From assembly GCA_964016885.1 (NCBI GenBank), contig OZ024742.1:72664001-72728000 (forward strand): DNA of 64,000 nt. Reading direction: 5' to 3'. The position numbers were made by a program, and so were the translations under genes. Of this stretch, positions 25,581-38,440 are shown one piece after another. The notes below the pieces were generated by a model. That model made no database searches. It worked only from the letters and a program-made list of their open reading frames with translations, and was not told the DNA's origin. Position 1 is the first letter of the stretch. The number at the start of each line of letters is the position of its first letter. This stretch comes from Eledone cirrhosa. Lineage: Eukaryota.

Positions 25581-28417
25581 AAAGCAAACAAAACTATAAT
25601 GATCCCCCGATGAGCAGGATTTGTCTATGTGCTTGTCTCTCTGTTTCCTATATTTCGCCCACGTTTTTTTATATTATCATCATTGTAACCACACAGCCTA
25701 ATTTTAAAATTAAACTGCTGTTTTATGTGTGTGTATATATGCTTGTTTTATGGGTCTGTGTGATAAACACACTAAACTTGTACCGACTTACTAACTACTG
25801 GTTTGGATGTTGGGCTCATGATTGCAATATTGTGGGTCCAATTCCTGGAGTGAGAGGAATTTACCACTCAACATAGACTAGTAGTAATATTAGAGTTAAA
25901 AGCAAGATGGCCCCAGAGACACAGGAAAATGTGGCTAAGGAAGTTATGAAAACTGAAAACTTACTGAATTATACATTGATCCAAAGTGATATATATGCTG
26001 AGGAGGAGGAGGAGATATAAATCTATAACATCATTAAAAAGGAATGACACAGACAATATAGTCCTAAATAAACAAAGAGATTGGATGATCATATTTGGAA
26101 TGTTTTTTATCATAGGTCTGTATGATCATGGTTGACATGGGCTATATATTAACTACTACTACTGATGTTGTTGTTGTTGTAGTGGAAGTGGTAATGCATT
26201 CGAGCTCGTAGCCAAGCAGGGGGTTGGATGGCACTGTTCCCCTACTTTTCAATGAAGCACCCTCGGATTTAGAATAATTTACAGTGGTATACTTATTTTG
26301 AAACTCCGCCTTAGAATTATTACAAATTAGAGTGCCGACCAAGAATGTTTCGAAACCTCTTCCCCCACCCTACCATTGAAGCCTGGAGGCTGGTCTGGGT
26401 ATGCAAATAAATACGATACTGCTTGCTTTGATTTAGATGACCAACAAAAAAAAAAACAGGTTCCTCTACTACTTCATTGTTGAAAGATCAGAAGAGGAGG
26501 AAAAGCATTCATGTATAATGAAACAATAATAATAATAATAAAACTAGTATGGAAATTTGATTGTTATGGAAACATAATTACTAATTTCAACATTTGAAAT
26601 GTTCATACAAATTATTTTATATTTTTTATCTGTCAGAATCAATGGTACTCAAACAAAACACACACACACACACACACACACACATTAATAGTGACTCTTC
26701 ATCATCATTTAACATCTATTTAAATGATGATTAAACAATATACAAGTCCTTCATTCAGTGCATGTTTAGCATGTTTATTATAAAAATCTATAATCGTTTT
26801 TATATATGCACACCCACAGACACTTACATATATACACACACACGCACACACTGTGTATATATATATATATACACTGCATCTCTGCCTATCATCAAAAGAG
26901 GTACTAGGGTTGGTACCAGTGAAAGCATCCAGTTGTAAAACATTGCCTTAAAAAGGCAATGAGTATGAAATATGTTATGAGAACAACAAGACAAACTCCT
27001 GCTTTAGCAAAGGAGATGGCTTTAAAATGCTTGTTTTTGTTGTGTGTATATATATATTACCACTTTACAGAGTGTACCAGGTGCCTTTATGTTCAGCCAG
27101 ACTGACGAGTCATTTTCACCCTATATTGTCTCCATTCCATTGCCAACCATTTTATAGATGTGTTTTTCCATGCTAGTGTGGGTTGCACTACACACACACA
27201 GAAATCCTTGATGAAGTGAAATTTATTTGAAAAATAATGACTTTTCTGAAAATACGTATTCTTTAATCATTTATTTACAAAATGTTACTCTTTAGTGATG
27301 ATATTGAAAAAAAAAAAAAAAAAAAAAAATGGTCAAATGCCCAGTATGAATGTCGGCGACCCATCTGAGAAAGGAGCCCCACGAGGTGGAGTAGCTGTTG
27401 CAAGGGGCTGGCCATTCTCCGCGGGAATGCTTTTACAGTCTTGTCTGCGGGGCGCAGACCCTTTACTGCCGCACCCCATGCCCAGAGCCCAATCATCCTC
27501 CCCTTCTCCATCCTTCTGTGACACTAGTCCTTGCCATTCCCTCCCTTTTCCAGTTTTTTCTCTTTTTCTTTATATTTTCCTATTCTTTCTTCTCAATCTA
27601 AATTTTCTTATTTTCTTTTTCAATTAAACTGTATTTACATGATATATTCCATAAATAAAATTTATTACGTTATATTTGACCTCCTTCCTTTCAATTTACT
27701 AGTCTTTTCTTCCATTCACTGAGATGACCACTCCTAAACATCAAGTTCCTCTTATTTTGTATTTATTTTGCTTATATATAATTTTATCTTTATTTCATTT
27801 GATCTCCTTTTGTATAACCCTTCCCACATGCCAAACCCATATTAAAAGCAGGCTCATATGAAAAATACCAGTTTGCAAAAAATTGCTTTAGGCAAGAAAC
27901 TAGCCTTTTTTTAATGTTTGATCACTAAAGAGTAACAACACTTTGTGAACATTTAATCATTAAAGAATAAGAAAGAACTGACTTCCCATTTTTCACATAT
28001 ATTTTATGTAGAACATAGAAATAATGCTTATTCTCTAACATATCCGGCCAGAATTCTTTCACCTCTTTCTGTTCAAACCAGCCATAATTGGCCATGCATA
28101 CTGATGTATTCTTCTCAAAATAAATAATATAAAAACCTCATAGATTCAATATTGTGAGATATTATGTAAAGTAAAGCTTTTACCCTGAAAATATAATAGT
28201 ATATATAGAGTAATGTAAATGGTAAAGGGTTAATTGTAGCTATTTCTCAACCCACTTCGGAATACCATTCTTTATATATATATATATATGGCTGACTGAA
28301 TATGCAAAGAAGGATCATATGAAAAATACCAGTTTAGGCAAGAAACTAGCCTTTTTTCTCTTGTTTCTTCATCTTCTCAATCTCTATCTTTCTATTTCAT
28401 TTTTTATTTCCCATTCT

Positions 28418-28460
28418 AACTTCTGATGAAGGACTAGTATCTGAAACCTAAAGTCTTTTC
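28418..28460 (+). ncRNA. Degenerate minimal hammerhead motif (PLE-type)
   Basis: CTGATGA-AGGACTAGTATCT-GAAAC-CTAAA-GTC; stem I does not pair. Confidence 0.4.
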
Positions 28461-29002
28461 CTACTATATCAAACATTAAACTAATATATTGCTTCAATGT
28501 ACTGTGTCGTAGGCTTTGTTATTTCTGTTTACGTTTTGCACATATATATATCATCATCATTGTTTAATATCCACGTTCCATGTTAGCATGGGTTAGAACT
28601 GTTTCTGGCTAGATTTCTACAGCTGGATGCTCTTCCTAGTGCCAACCATATTTACAGTGTGTACTGGGTGATTTTTGATGTGATACCTACACTATCATCA
28701 TTGTTTTAGTGTCCATTTTCTCTGCTGGACAGGGTTAGACAAATCACAAACCATCCAGTACTTATGTGGAGCCTCGGACCTCCAGATGAACCAGGGGCTC
28801 AACATACAATCCCACATTATATATATAGTTCAAGAATAAACAAGATAAACACAGAGATACTTATGTCTTATTAAGTTCATGCATGGGAAGAAGTAAATAA
28901 GGGTTTCAAGATATAAATTCTTCTTTAGGAAACCACAAAGTTCAGAGAGAAAGAGAAAGTTGGAACAATGGAGGTTGGAAATTTGAAGAAAAAGTGTTTA
29001 TA

Positions 29003-29044
<42 letters not shown>

Positions 29045-29179
29045 AATACATACGCTTTCCAAATACAAAATGTGCACACAAATACTACATGTGCAAGCAC
29101 ATTAAAAAATATAGAGAAAAAAATGTTAAATGCTGACATAAAACAGAAAAATTAATAAAAAGAAAACTTTGAAACATAC

Positions 29180-29210
29180 CCTTTACTTTTGTTGTCATTT
29201 TTTAATTCCT
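29180..29210 (-). CDS. Candidate 31-nt microexon of an unidentified host gene
   Basis: Minus strand tttattttatttttcag|AGGAATTAAAAAATGACAACAAAAGTAAAGG|gtatgt; open as ELKNDNKSKG. Confidence 0.35.
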
Positions 29211-29597
29211 CTGAAAAATAAAATAAATTTAAATCAATAACAAAAGAAATATGACTGAAAATGTAATTTTTTCAAATATAAGAAAAATTAATTAGCAGCA
29301 GATTTCAAGAATATTTGAAGAATTCTAACAACTCAGCAACATATTTTGTGATTACCAAAAAAGGATGTCAAGATAATGAATAAGAGTAATAGAATGACAT
29401 ATATAAAAAAATAATTTAATAATCATTTAATTACTTAAGTAATTAAAGCTACACTTATGCCAGCCAGCTTTTCATTTATTCATGTATCCATTAAAGTATT
29501 ACTAGAGCAAAAAAAATCAAAAAAAAAATCATCATTATATGAATGTTAATGTAGAATTTATATCAATGTTTGTAACACTTTAGGGTAGTCATTTTGT

Positions 29598-29952
29598 GTG
29601 TGGACAAGTGGTTAGAGTGATGGATTCATAATCATAACATCATAGGTTGAAATCATAGGTTGAAATCCCAGCCCAGACATGTTCTTGAGCCTATGTTAAA
29701 TCTCTTTCAGTTATGACAATGATCAGCCTTCTCATGAAATTAACATAGAAATGGCTGGGCATTCCACAGACATGTACTCTTAACATAGTTCTCAGAGAGA
29801 TTTAGATGATAGTGTGTGACAAGACAGGTCTTATAAATTACAGGCATAACTCATGTTTTTCCAGCTGAGAGGACTGGAGTAACATGAAATAAAGTATCTT
29901 GCACAACATACCAGCAGGAATCAAACGCATGGACCTTACCACTAAGCCATAT
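29598..29952. mobile_element. Two opposed degenerate tRNA-derived SINE pieces
   Basis: Plus-strand head GTGGACAAGTGGTTAG..GGTTGAAATCCC; minus-strand copy ending at ACCACTAAGCCAT, similar to the SINE at 43690-44910. Confidence 0.6.
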
Positions 29953-30109
29953 TCCTTCTCAGCATTTTTGATCAAATGGATGCTCTAGTCTACACAGCTG
30001 AAAATTAGGACCAACAGCAGCAGCTGGGGATTAACTTCAAGACAGAATGTACTCTCAAAGGAGATGTGAGAACAGAGGGAGATGTGGGGAAAAGAAAGAG
30101 CAGATGCGA

Positions 30110-30620
30110 GAACTGAAGAAGATGCGGGGACAAAGCGAGAAGATGCGTGGACGGAGGGAAAAGATGCGGAAACAGAGGGGGAAGATGCAGGGACAGAGGG
30201 GGAAGATGCAGGGAACAGAGGGGGAAGATGCAGGGAACAGAGGGGGAAGATGCAGGGAACAGAGGGGGAAGATGCAGGGACAGAGGGGGAAGATGCAGAG
30301 ACAGAGGGGGAAGATGCAGGGACAGAGGGAGAAGATACAGGGAACAGAGGGGGAAGATGCAGGGACAGAGGGGGAAGATGTGGGAACAGAGGGGGAAGAT
30401 GTGGGAACAGAGGGGGAAGATGTGGGAACAGAGGGGGAAGATGTGGTAACAGAGAGGGAAGATGCAGGGACAGAGGGAGAAGATGTGGGAACAGAGGGGG
30501 AAGATGTGGTAACAGAGGGGGAAGATGTGGTAACAGAGGGGGAAGATGTGGGGACAGAGGGGGAAGATGTGGGAACAGAGGGGGAAGATGTGGGAACAGA
30601 GAAAAAATGCAGGGACAGAG
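30110..30620. repeat. G-rich 21/22-bp minisatellite GGG(A)ACAGAGGGGGAAGATG(CA/T)
   Basis: More than 20 tandem units; the mix of 21 and 22 bp breaks reading frames. Confidence 0.95.
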
Positions 30621-30776
30621 AGAGATGTAGAGACTATAGTAAAGGAAGTTTTCAGCTTCTAATGAATATAATGGAACTCTACATTTAATCTGAGTACTCA
30701 TTTTTTGCGCCCACACACACGTGTGTGTGTGTGTGTATGTGCATGCATGTGTGTCTATATACATAGATTTAATGCA

Positions 30777-31590
30777 TTGAAAGGCAGGCTGTATGATGCC
30801 TGCATACGAACAGCAATGTTACATGGCAGTGAGACTTGGGCATTGTGTGCAGAGGATATACACAGACTGGAGAGGAACGAAGCTTGCATGCTCCGTTGGA
30901 TGTGTAATAGTAATATACGTGAACGGCAAAGCATAACTGAACTAAGGGAGAAATTAGGAATAAGAAGAATCAGATGTTTACTCGAGAGAAGACTACGTTG
31001 GTATGGTCACGTGATGCGCATGAAAGACGACAGCTGTATAAAAAAGTGCAGGGCGATAAAAATAGACGGTAGCCACGGAGTAGGCAGACCCAGAAAAACC
31101 TGGGACAATTTGATAAATTCCGACCTCACACACTTACACATCTCCAAGACAATGTCACTGGACCGAGATCTTTGGTGCTACACAGTAATACAGAAGACCC
31201 GCCTTGCCTAAGTACAAAGCGAAACCTACAGTCAGTAGGCACCTCTTAACAAAAATACACAGCCGTACCACTACCCCCACCCCATCCACACCACCCCTTT
31301 CGATGTAAAGTTATGTTGGTACCACAACGTCCAGTCCGAAATAAATGAGGTCGTGTAGGTGTCACGACAAAAAAAAAACACAGGCCACGCTGTAATGTGG
31401 CCATGTAGGTAACACGGTAAAAACCTCCCAGTCCACACTGTAAACGTGGTTGGTGTTAGGAAGGGCATCCAGCCGTAGAAAACCCGCCAGACAGTCCTAT
31501 ACGAGCAAGACAACCAAACTTGCCTCAAGTGGGAAAATTCCCGTCCAAACCCATGCAAGCGTGGAAGATGGACGTTAAACGATGATGATG
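30777..31590 (+). mobile_element. RTE family 1 3' fragment
   Basis: Highly similar to 7650-8480, including the 3' UTR and (GAT)n tail. Confidence 0.92.
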
Positions 31591-31868
31591 ACGTGTGTAT
31601 GAGCATATGTGTATATATACACACATCTGCATGCTTATAAATATGTACACACACACACATCTGCATGTATGTGTATGTATATATATTGTTTTTTTAAATT
31701 TTAACCACTTCCTTCAATCAACAAACACTTAAATATTGAGGTGGACTCTTTGCTTAGATCAAATCTATTAACATTACACAGTAGCTATTGTAAACAGCAT
31801 CAATGAATAAAAATAACTTGTAAATCGAAACTAGAGCCCCTCTTTCTCATCTCCTCTTCCCCACTTAC

Positions 31869-31951
31869 TGACTCTTTGAAGCATCCACAATTAAAAGTAC
31901 AACTATTTCAAACATTTATTTTTAAACTTTTCTGCAGGCTGCAGTATTTTC
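31869..31951 (-). other. Candidate exon, possibly containing a start codon
   Basis: Minus strand tattgctttcag|GAAAATAC...ATGCTTCAAAGAGTCA|gtaagt; good acceptor and consensus donor. Confidence 0.35.
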
Positions 31952-33289
31952 CTGAAAGCAATACAATACAGCCCTTGCTATATGCAGTGTTATGCAGACC
32001 TGCTCCAAACAATATCTATTACTACTATTATTTTTACTGAAATTGATTTGAAATTCCTAACATGAAATTTGATGAAAGAATAGTGACTACATTGAATAAA
32101 TTATTAAAACAGGCAACAAAATACTTCATTTTTTTCTTCTTTTGAGACAATCAGAAACCACTTTTAGTCTTTTAGTTAACAGACATTACATATAGAATCC
32201 ATACAAGTTCACCAACTAGAATGTCAACTCCATACAACACACTCTCTTACTAGATACACACTCAAGTAGTGTTTCCCAAATGGCTTCTAAGGTGTTCTCT
32301 GAAAATATTTGGGGGATTCTGTGAAATAAGGAATCTTTTAGCCCATTTGTTACCATATTTCTAACAAAAGACAAACATATTTCAATTAAGTTTTAAAATA
32401 ATCAACATTTTTGGAAGAAATAAGTAATATAACCAACTTGCTTATTAATAAGGTGGTATTTGGAACATAAAGGTTCTTACATAAAATTATGTTGGAAGAT
32501 TGTAAAATAAATATAAACATTTTAACTTTTTCATTATCATATTTTTAAGGGGGTGTCCAGCTATAGAAACCATGCTAAATATTAAAGGTATGAGCAAGAT
32601 GAAGTTACTCAAACCCATCTGGTCTCGGTTTGTGACAACACATCCAACCCATGAAAAGCAAACATATGATGATATCTGAAGTCAGTAGCTCTACTTAAGA
32701 ACTGGCTCAGACTGTAAAAACCTGTCTAATCCCAGCTAGCAGGTAAGACAGACATTAAATTATATATATATATATATAATTAATACAATAACAGAGAGTT
32801 TAAAGCTAATCTCTGACTGGTAACCATCTCACTCAACAAACATTAGGTTATATTTTAATATAAACCCAATTTAAGTGTTTGGGGTGCTAACAATATGTAT
32901 TATGTGGAAAAGCCAGTTGTATTATTTTACGAGATATAATTAAAGTTAAAATAACCAAAGATTAGTATGATTCGTTTCGTTGATTACTCAATAAATACAA
33001 TTTTACAATAGATTAGAAGCACTCAACAGAAAAATTTCCCTGAAGTTTTTATTATTCAAAATATTAACATTTTTTATTTATTTATCTATTTATGTATGTA
33101 TTTATTTTTTCTTGCCTTTCCTCCTCTTTACACCCTCTCTCATATCTCTAATTTGCTCTACGTCCTTTTCTTTAAGTTTATCATATTATTTGTGGTATAT
33201 AAACATTGAGATTTGATGAAATAAATCACTACCAATACTGGAATTGAACAATCAAGACCGTAGCGGTATGTCATATATCAAATCATATA

Positions 33290-33351
33290 TTTTGTCTGAT
33301 GAGGACGTACTGAAAAAACAACACAGTACCTTTGAAATATATATAATAAAG
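33290..33351 (+). ncRNA. Minimal type-I hammerhead ribozyme motif in a PLE pseudo-LTR
   Basis: TTTTGT-CTGATGA-(stem II with GTACTG/CAGTAC)-GAAA-TATATA-TA-ATAAAG; stem I pairs; stem III is palindromic. Confidence 0.7.
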
Positions 33352-33469
33352 TATATATTTTGATTATGAGAATATTTTTCATTTGTTAATATTTTGAATA
33401 ATATAATATATATATTTCGTTTCTGAATTTGTTTAGCAAGATTCTTTATCTGAAAACGTGTTGAAACCG

Positions 33470-33650
33470 ATATATTGTCAAAGTTCTTTCGTCACACATT
33501 CTGTGACCTCTTCAGTGACTGGGGATTCTTTTCTTTGTTTTTGTGCCTGGCGTAGGACAGAACAAAGGAGAGGCACAAAAACAAAGAAAAGAATCCCCCA
33601 GTCACTGAAGAGGTCACAGAATGTGTGACGAAAGAACTTTGACAATATAT
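33470..33650. repeat. ~80-bp-arm inverted repeat carrying a hammerhead-like motif in each arm
   Basis: Arms 33470-33548 and 33571-33650 differ by a 1-nt indel; GTCA-CTGAAGA-G-GTCACA/TGTGAC-GAAAG-AA-CTT-TGAC at 33601-33643. Confidence 0.85.
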
Positions 33651-34157
33651 AAACAATCATCTAGTTGTGGAACCAACCAACCAACCGGAAATTTATAAAT
33701 TCCTAAATTTATAAATTTATTATAATAAATTGAAGTGAAAGCAACTGGTGCGTGTGTTTCTTATTGGCAACATGACCCTCCCAAAGTATAATAATAATAT
33801 ATATATATATAAAATTAGAATTTTATTTCTCACCCTAGCACAGTTGATACATAAATGTAAGGCATGCATGCACACACACACACACATATATATATAACAT
33901 ATATACATATGGGTTATATCGAACATTAATAATAATATTCGATTCGTTTGAAAACAAACGGCCCGAGTAAAAATATGCTGTGCCGATGTCCAATCGTCAT
34001 CCATTTGTTCAACACTGGCACTGAGGAACAATCATGTTTCTGGGTTATTACCCTTCATCAGAACTATAGACCTCACTGCCAATCTATTGAACAGTTGGAA
34101 ATATATAGTATTTTCTTAAATATACATTGGCTGAGTAGCCTCATTTGCATATATATA

Positions 34158-34540
34158 TCATCATCATCATCATCATCATCATCATTTAACGTCCATTTTC
34201 CATGCTAGCATAGGTGAGATGGGTTGTCCTATTTGTGGCAAGTCAAGTCAGGTGACCATGTTTTGCTCAAACAGAACTGCTTCTGGCCTGGTTTCTATGG
34301 TTGGATGCCCTTCCTAACACCAACAACATTTACAGTGTGTGTTGGGTGTTTTTTGTTGTGACACCTACACAACCACTTTACAGTGTGGGCTGGGTACTTT
34401 AGTAGGGGGAGGTGTGGGATAGGGGAGGTAGGATGGGTGAGAGTGTTAGGACGTGGGAGGTGTATGGAAAGGGGAATGGATGCAAAGGTAGTGCACACTA
34501 GATGTATGCTTCAGCCGGTCCTCATGGGAAGGTGGATCTT
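34158..34540 (-). mobile_element. RTE 3' UTR fragment or RTE-tailed retroposon
   Basis: (CAT)n-TTTAACGTCCATTTTCCATGCTAG..GGATGCCCTTCCTAACACC matches the RTE 3' end at 8330-8480. Confidence 0.85.
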
Positions 34541-34623
34541 ATGTATTACTTACTGCACATATATCCATGTGATGTTGATAGGTGCAAGAATAAGTACTCA
34601 ATACCAGAGTAGAGTTTGATAAT

Positions 34624-34812
34624 TGTTTCTACTTTTGGCACAAGGCCAGCAATTACCCAGTGTATTACTGGTACTTTATTTTATCGACCCCGTAAGGATG
34701 AAAGGCAAAGTTAACCTCGGCGGGATTTGAACTCAGAATGGCAAGGGCTGTAACTCTATGTGTCAAAGCATGGCGTCTGACCCTCTACCGATACTGCCAA
34801 TCCACCGCCCTG
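34624..34812 (-). mobile_element. tRNA-derived SINE with 18-bp TSD
   Basis: Minus strand A-box-like TGGCAGTATCGGT and B-box GAGTTCAAATCC; TSD AGAGTAGAGTTTGATAAT at 34606-34623 and 34813-34830. Confidence 0.88.
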
Positions 34813-35029
34813 AGAGTAGAGTTTGATAATATTCTTTATTTTGACTAAGTGATGAGTCTTTGTCCAGTATTCGAAGCCTTTAAAGAAATCTCCAAAGCAG
34901 ACATTACTAAAACTAAACTACACCTAACTTGAGCTTTCCTACTTCATAATTCCATATTAATTAATGAATAGAAGACAGCTGACAGATTACAACACAACAG
35001 ACGTTTTTGACAAACAAACAACAAGCACT

Positions 35030-35310
35030 TTCCATTTCTCTCTCATGTAAGTCTTTGCTTTCCTCCACTTTCATTCACACACTTTCCACTTCTTTCATTC
35101 ACACATCCTTACTTTCCTCTTCTCATCCACACACACACACTTTCCACTTCTCTCTCATTCATATGTATCCTTACTTTCTTCTCGCACACACACACTTTCC
35201 ATTTCTCTCTCATTCATATGTATCCTTACTTTCTTCTTCCCATTCACACTTTCCACTTCTCTCTCATCCTCTCCTTCATGTAAGTCCTCACTTTCCTTTT
35301 CTACCTCATT
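35030..35310. repeat. Degenerate ~50-bp pyrimidine-rich tandem repeat
   Basis: Recurring CACACACTTTCCAYTTCTCTCTCATTCATATGTATCCTTACTTTCTTCT. Confidence 0.75.
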
Positions 35311-36189
35311 CTCTTTCACACACAGACAGAACTGAGACAAGTGAATGCTGTCAAATAAGACATTTTAACACCACCTCCATTACCAATACTTCTGGTTTCA
35401 GTAAAAGATGTAGTCTATCTTAAAACTGGTTAGTGCTGGTGATGGTGGTGGTGTTGGGGATGACCTACAAAAAGATAGACAACAAACGAGTCTTGTTTTT
35501 CTTCGTTTCTATATAAATTGACAATAGAAATCAGAACCAACAAGCATTTTTGCAGACCCCATAACTGACTTCTTACTGATCATGAGGTCCTTTTTGAAGC
35601 AATGTTTTATAGCTAGATGCCTTTTCAGAGGCCAACTCTTTTAGTTTACCTCTTATGACACACAGGGATATGATGTATTTATTCTATGTCAAACAGTTTC
35701 TTAGAAAAAAACAGGAAACCAAAAGTAAAAATAAGTAAAATTAAGCTCGATAAAGTTTATGAATTTAATATAGAAAGTTTTAGTTAGTAGGAAGAATAAA
35801 GGATTCTACTGCCATCCGGGAAGTGCCCATTTTTGATATACATAGAAAAAATAGGTAGGAACTCTATAGTGTGTGCCCAATATAAACTAAAAGTGCAAAA
35901 GAGATGCAATGGGAAAGCATTAAATAAATTCTTTCAAACGCCAAGAAGTTTCTCTAATATTAGTAGCTTCTGTTACATAGATCTGTGGTCTCCAACTTTG
36001 GCTCATGCAAACCAAAAAGGTTCGCTAATTTTATATTTTTATTTATTTTTTTTTTTTAGGGAAAAAGGAGTTTATCACAGATATTTTGAAGAATAATTAA
36101 ACAATAATGATGATGATGATTTTTTTTCTTCTTTTTTCACCCCCAAGCAAGGCAATAAAGCCATTAAAATTTAAACTCGTGAAGATGAG

Positions 36190-36800
36190 GCAACAAAGAA
36201 AAAAGCTCATCATCATCCTGACAACACAAGGTCCATGTCTCACAGGCATACAAAAAGGTGGAGAGGACCACGGCTTGAAAGACCATGATTTTGGTTCTTA
36301 TGGTGGAGATTGCTGAAGACCCGGTGCAAGAGTGTTCCGTATGCAGCATCAGCCACTTTGAGCCACTTTGAACCTGTTGTCAAGGTCTTTCTTACAGGTG
36401 ATGTAGTTTCAGAAGATGCTGCCAAGATAGACAAATTCATTAGACGATTTCCACTGGCTGTCCGTCGGTGCTGTTGTCCGGAGTTGTTTGTGCGAGGGTT
36501 GGTTGGATGAGGATCGTTCTTTGACATTGACCTACATCCCAAAACGTTTGTAAGCCTTGTACAGGTTTACTGATTTCTGGAGGTTGATGGTAGCCTGGTC
36601 TACACTCACATTGTCGTCAACATACTGAAGTTCTCGCACTCGAGTAATGGTACTCTTTGTACGAGAGCGAAGTCAGGCAAGGTTGAAGAGTCCACCATCA
36701 AGTCTATATGGGATGTCAATGCCAGTACTGTCAGGCAGGATCCTGTTAATCATGACAGCAAAGTATAGGAAGAAGACTGTCAGAGCCAACACACAGCCGC
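36190..36800 (-). mobile_element. RTE-BovB-like RT fragment, decayed
   Basis: GCVLA..F, YRLDGGLFNL, ELQYVDD, TKIMVFQAVVLSTFLYACETWTL. Confidence 0.8.
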
Positions 36801-38337
36801 GCGCGTGCGTGCGTGCGTGCATATATATGTATGTATGTATGTATGTGTATGTATTTATGTATGTAAATACGTATGTATATGCCTATTTTTCCACACTTGC
36901 ATGGGTTAGATGGGTTGTAACATTATGAGAGAAGTCAGGTCAAGTGGACACATCTTACTCGTACAGATTTGTACCATGACTTGACTTCTACACATGTTAC
37001 AGTGTGAACAGAGCTTTTTACTGAGGCACCAAAACAATTATCCAACAGAGCAGACTGGGTGATTTTTCATTATGTCACCAGCATGACCACTTTACAAGAT
37101 GGACTGGACATGTTTTGTCATGTCACAAGCCCGACCACCTTACACAGTGAAATGGGAATATTTTTCTTGTGTCCCCAATATGTACATTTCCAAGGCAGCA
37201 AAATGTCATTAGGCAACAGTTATCCAATGTTTTGTCATCAGACATTGGGGCTTAAATGTAAATAAAAAAATTTTTGTTTTTGTTTTTCATATGCCTGATC
37301 AAAGCGATGTTAACATTTCAGTATCAGGTAAGCACATGCTATAAAAATGTTAGTGTTGTCAAGCCAGGTACAGGAGAATAAGAGCTACAATGGTGGTAGT
37401 AGGTGGTTAAAGTAGGTCAGTGTACTAAAGTCAGACTATTGAATCTTTGGTCAATCGTTCTGGTTCTTCAGGGGTTATAAAACAATTGATTAATCTATTT
37501 TTTATTATATGTTTATCAGTTAGCTCTCAGTAGGTGCCAACAGTCATCTTACCTCTATCACTATCAGGTTAGCCAGTATGTCTATGTGCATGGTCATCTA
37601 TCTAAGCTGTTGTACAGAGTGAAGAGCAGGGTTGCTTAAGCTAATGCATGTGAGTATTGCTATGAGAGTGTGGGCAAGTTAGATCTAAATATAGTGGGTT
37701 CACACTGTCATAGCCATGTGCATGTGTGCATGGTCCTATAGCAGTAATATGTGCTGGTACATCTGAACTATATATTACCCACAAGCACACACAACCATAT
37801 CTGCCTGCACAGACATATATGTATCACGGTGCCTCACACAAGGATGTAGATGGATTGAGGAATGAAAATCAAGAAAAGAAAGCAAGACAGGAAAAAATCA
37901 TGTTATGAGTAAAGGCAAAGATCAAAGCTTAAATGATAGGAAAATGGTTAAATCGTGTCCAAACTGTAAGGCGGAAAGGTATTACCTATGGAATTGCAGT
38001 GTTAGCAGAAATTGGAAGAATTATCTTAGGGGGAAATGGAACCAGTGCTAAATAGAATAGATAAACCATATATAAATCATCATCTAAATCATCGTCTAAA
38101 CCCATGCTAGCGTGGAAGATAGACGTTAAACGATGACCGCCGTTTAATGTCCACCTTCGACGCCATCATGGGTTAGACGGGTTGTTCCATTTGAGGCAGG
38201 TTGGGTCAGGTGACCGTATCCTGCTCATACAGAACTGTTTCTGGCTAAATATATATATCAGAATGAATGCAATAAAAACCTGTGAGACCATTACTCACCA
38301 GAGTACCCGATACTTGGGGTAGTAGTGTGGTAATATG

Positions 38338-38440
38338 AAGGAGTTGGGACCCCAACGGCTGAGCTCCTGCCATTTCAACAGCTAGTTCTCAACTAGCTGT
38401 TGAAATGGCAGCGGCTCAGCCATTGGGGTCCCAACTCCTT
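38338..38440. repeat. 103-bp near-perfect hairpin (50-bp arms, 3-nt loop)
   Basis: AAGGAGTTGGGACCCCAA..GCTAGTT-CTC-AACTAGC..TTGGGGTCCCAACTCCTT. Confidence 0.92.

Noticed and set aside
27355-27400. Minus-strand GGGGCTCCTTTCTCAG resembling the RNase MRP 3' conserved region
   Set aside because: No upstream GAAAGTCCCC partner for the P4 helix.
27854-28357. ~45-55-bp direct repeat (TCATATGAAAAATACCAGTTT..AGGCAAGAAACTAGCCTTTTT)
   Set aside because: Short local duplication with no LTR features or coding content between the copies.
29985-30764. HLPPL, TEGED and RGGRC repeat ORFs
   Set aside because: Minisatellite with mixed 21/22-bp units; the frames are not maintained.
34624-34812. Possible tRNA gene
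   Set aside because: Has A/B boxes but no cloverleaf; TSD and a second copy indicate a SINE.
35300-35470. Minus-strand splice-acceptor-like site (tctttttgtag)
   Set aside because: No convincing donor or open frame.
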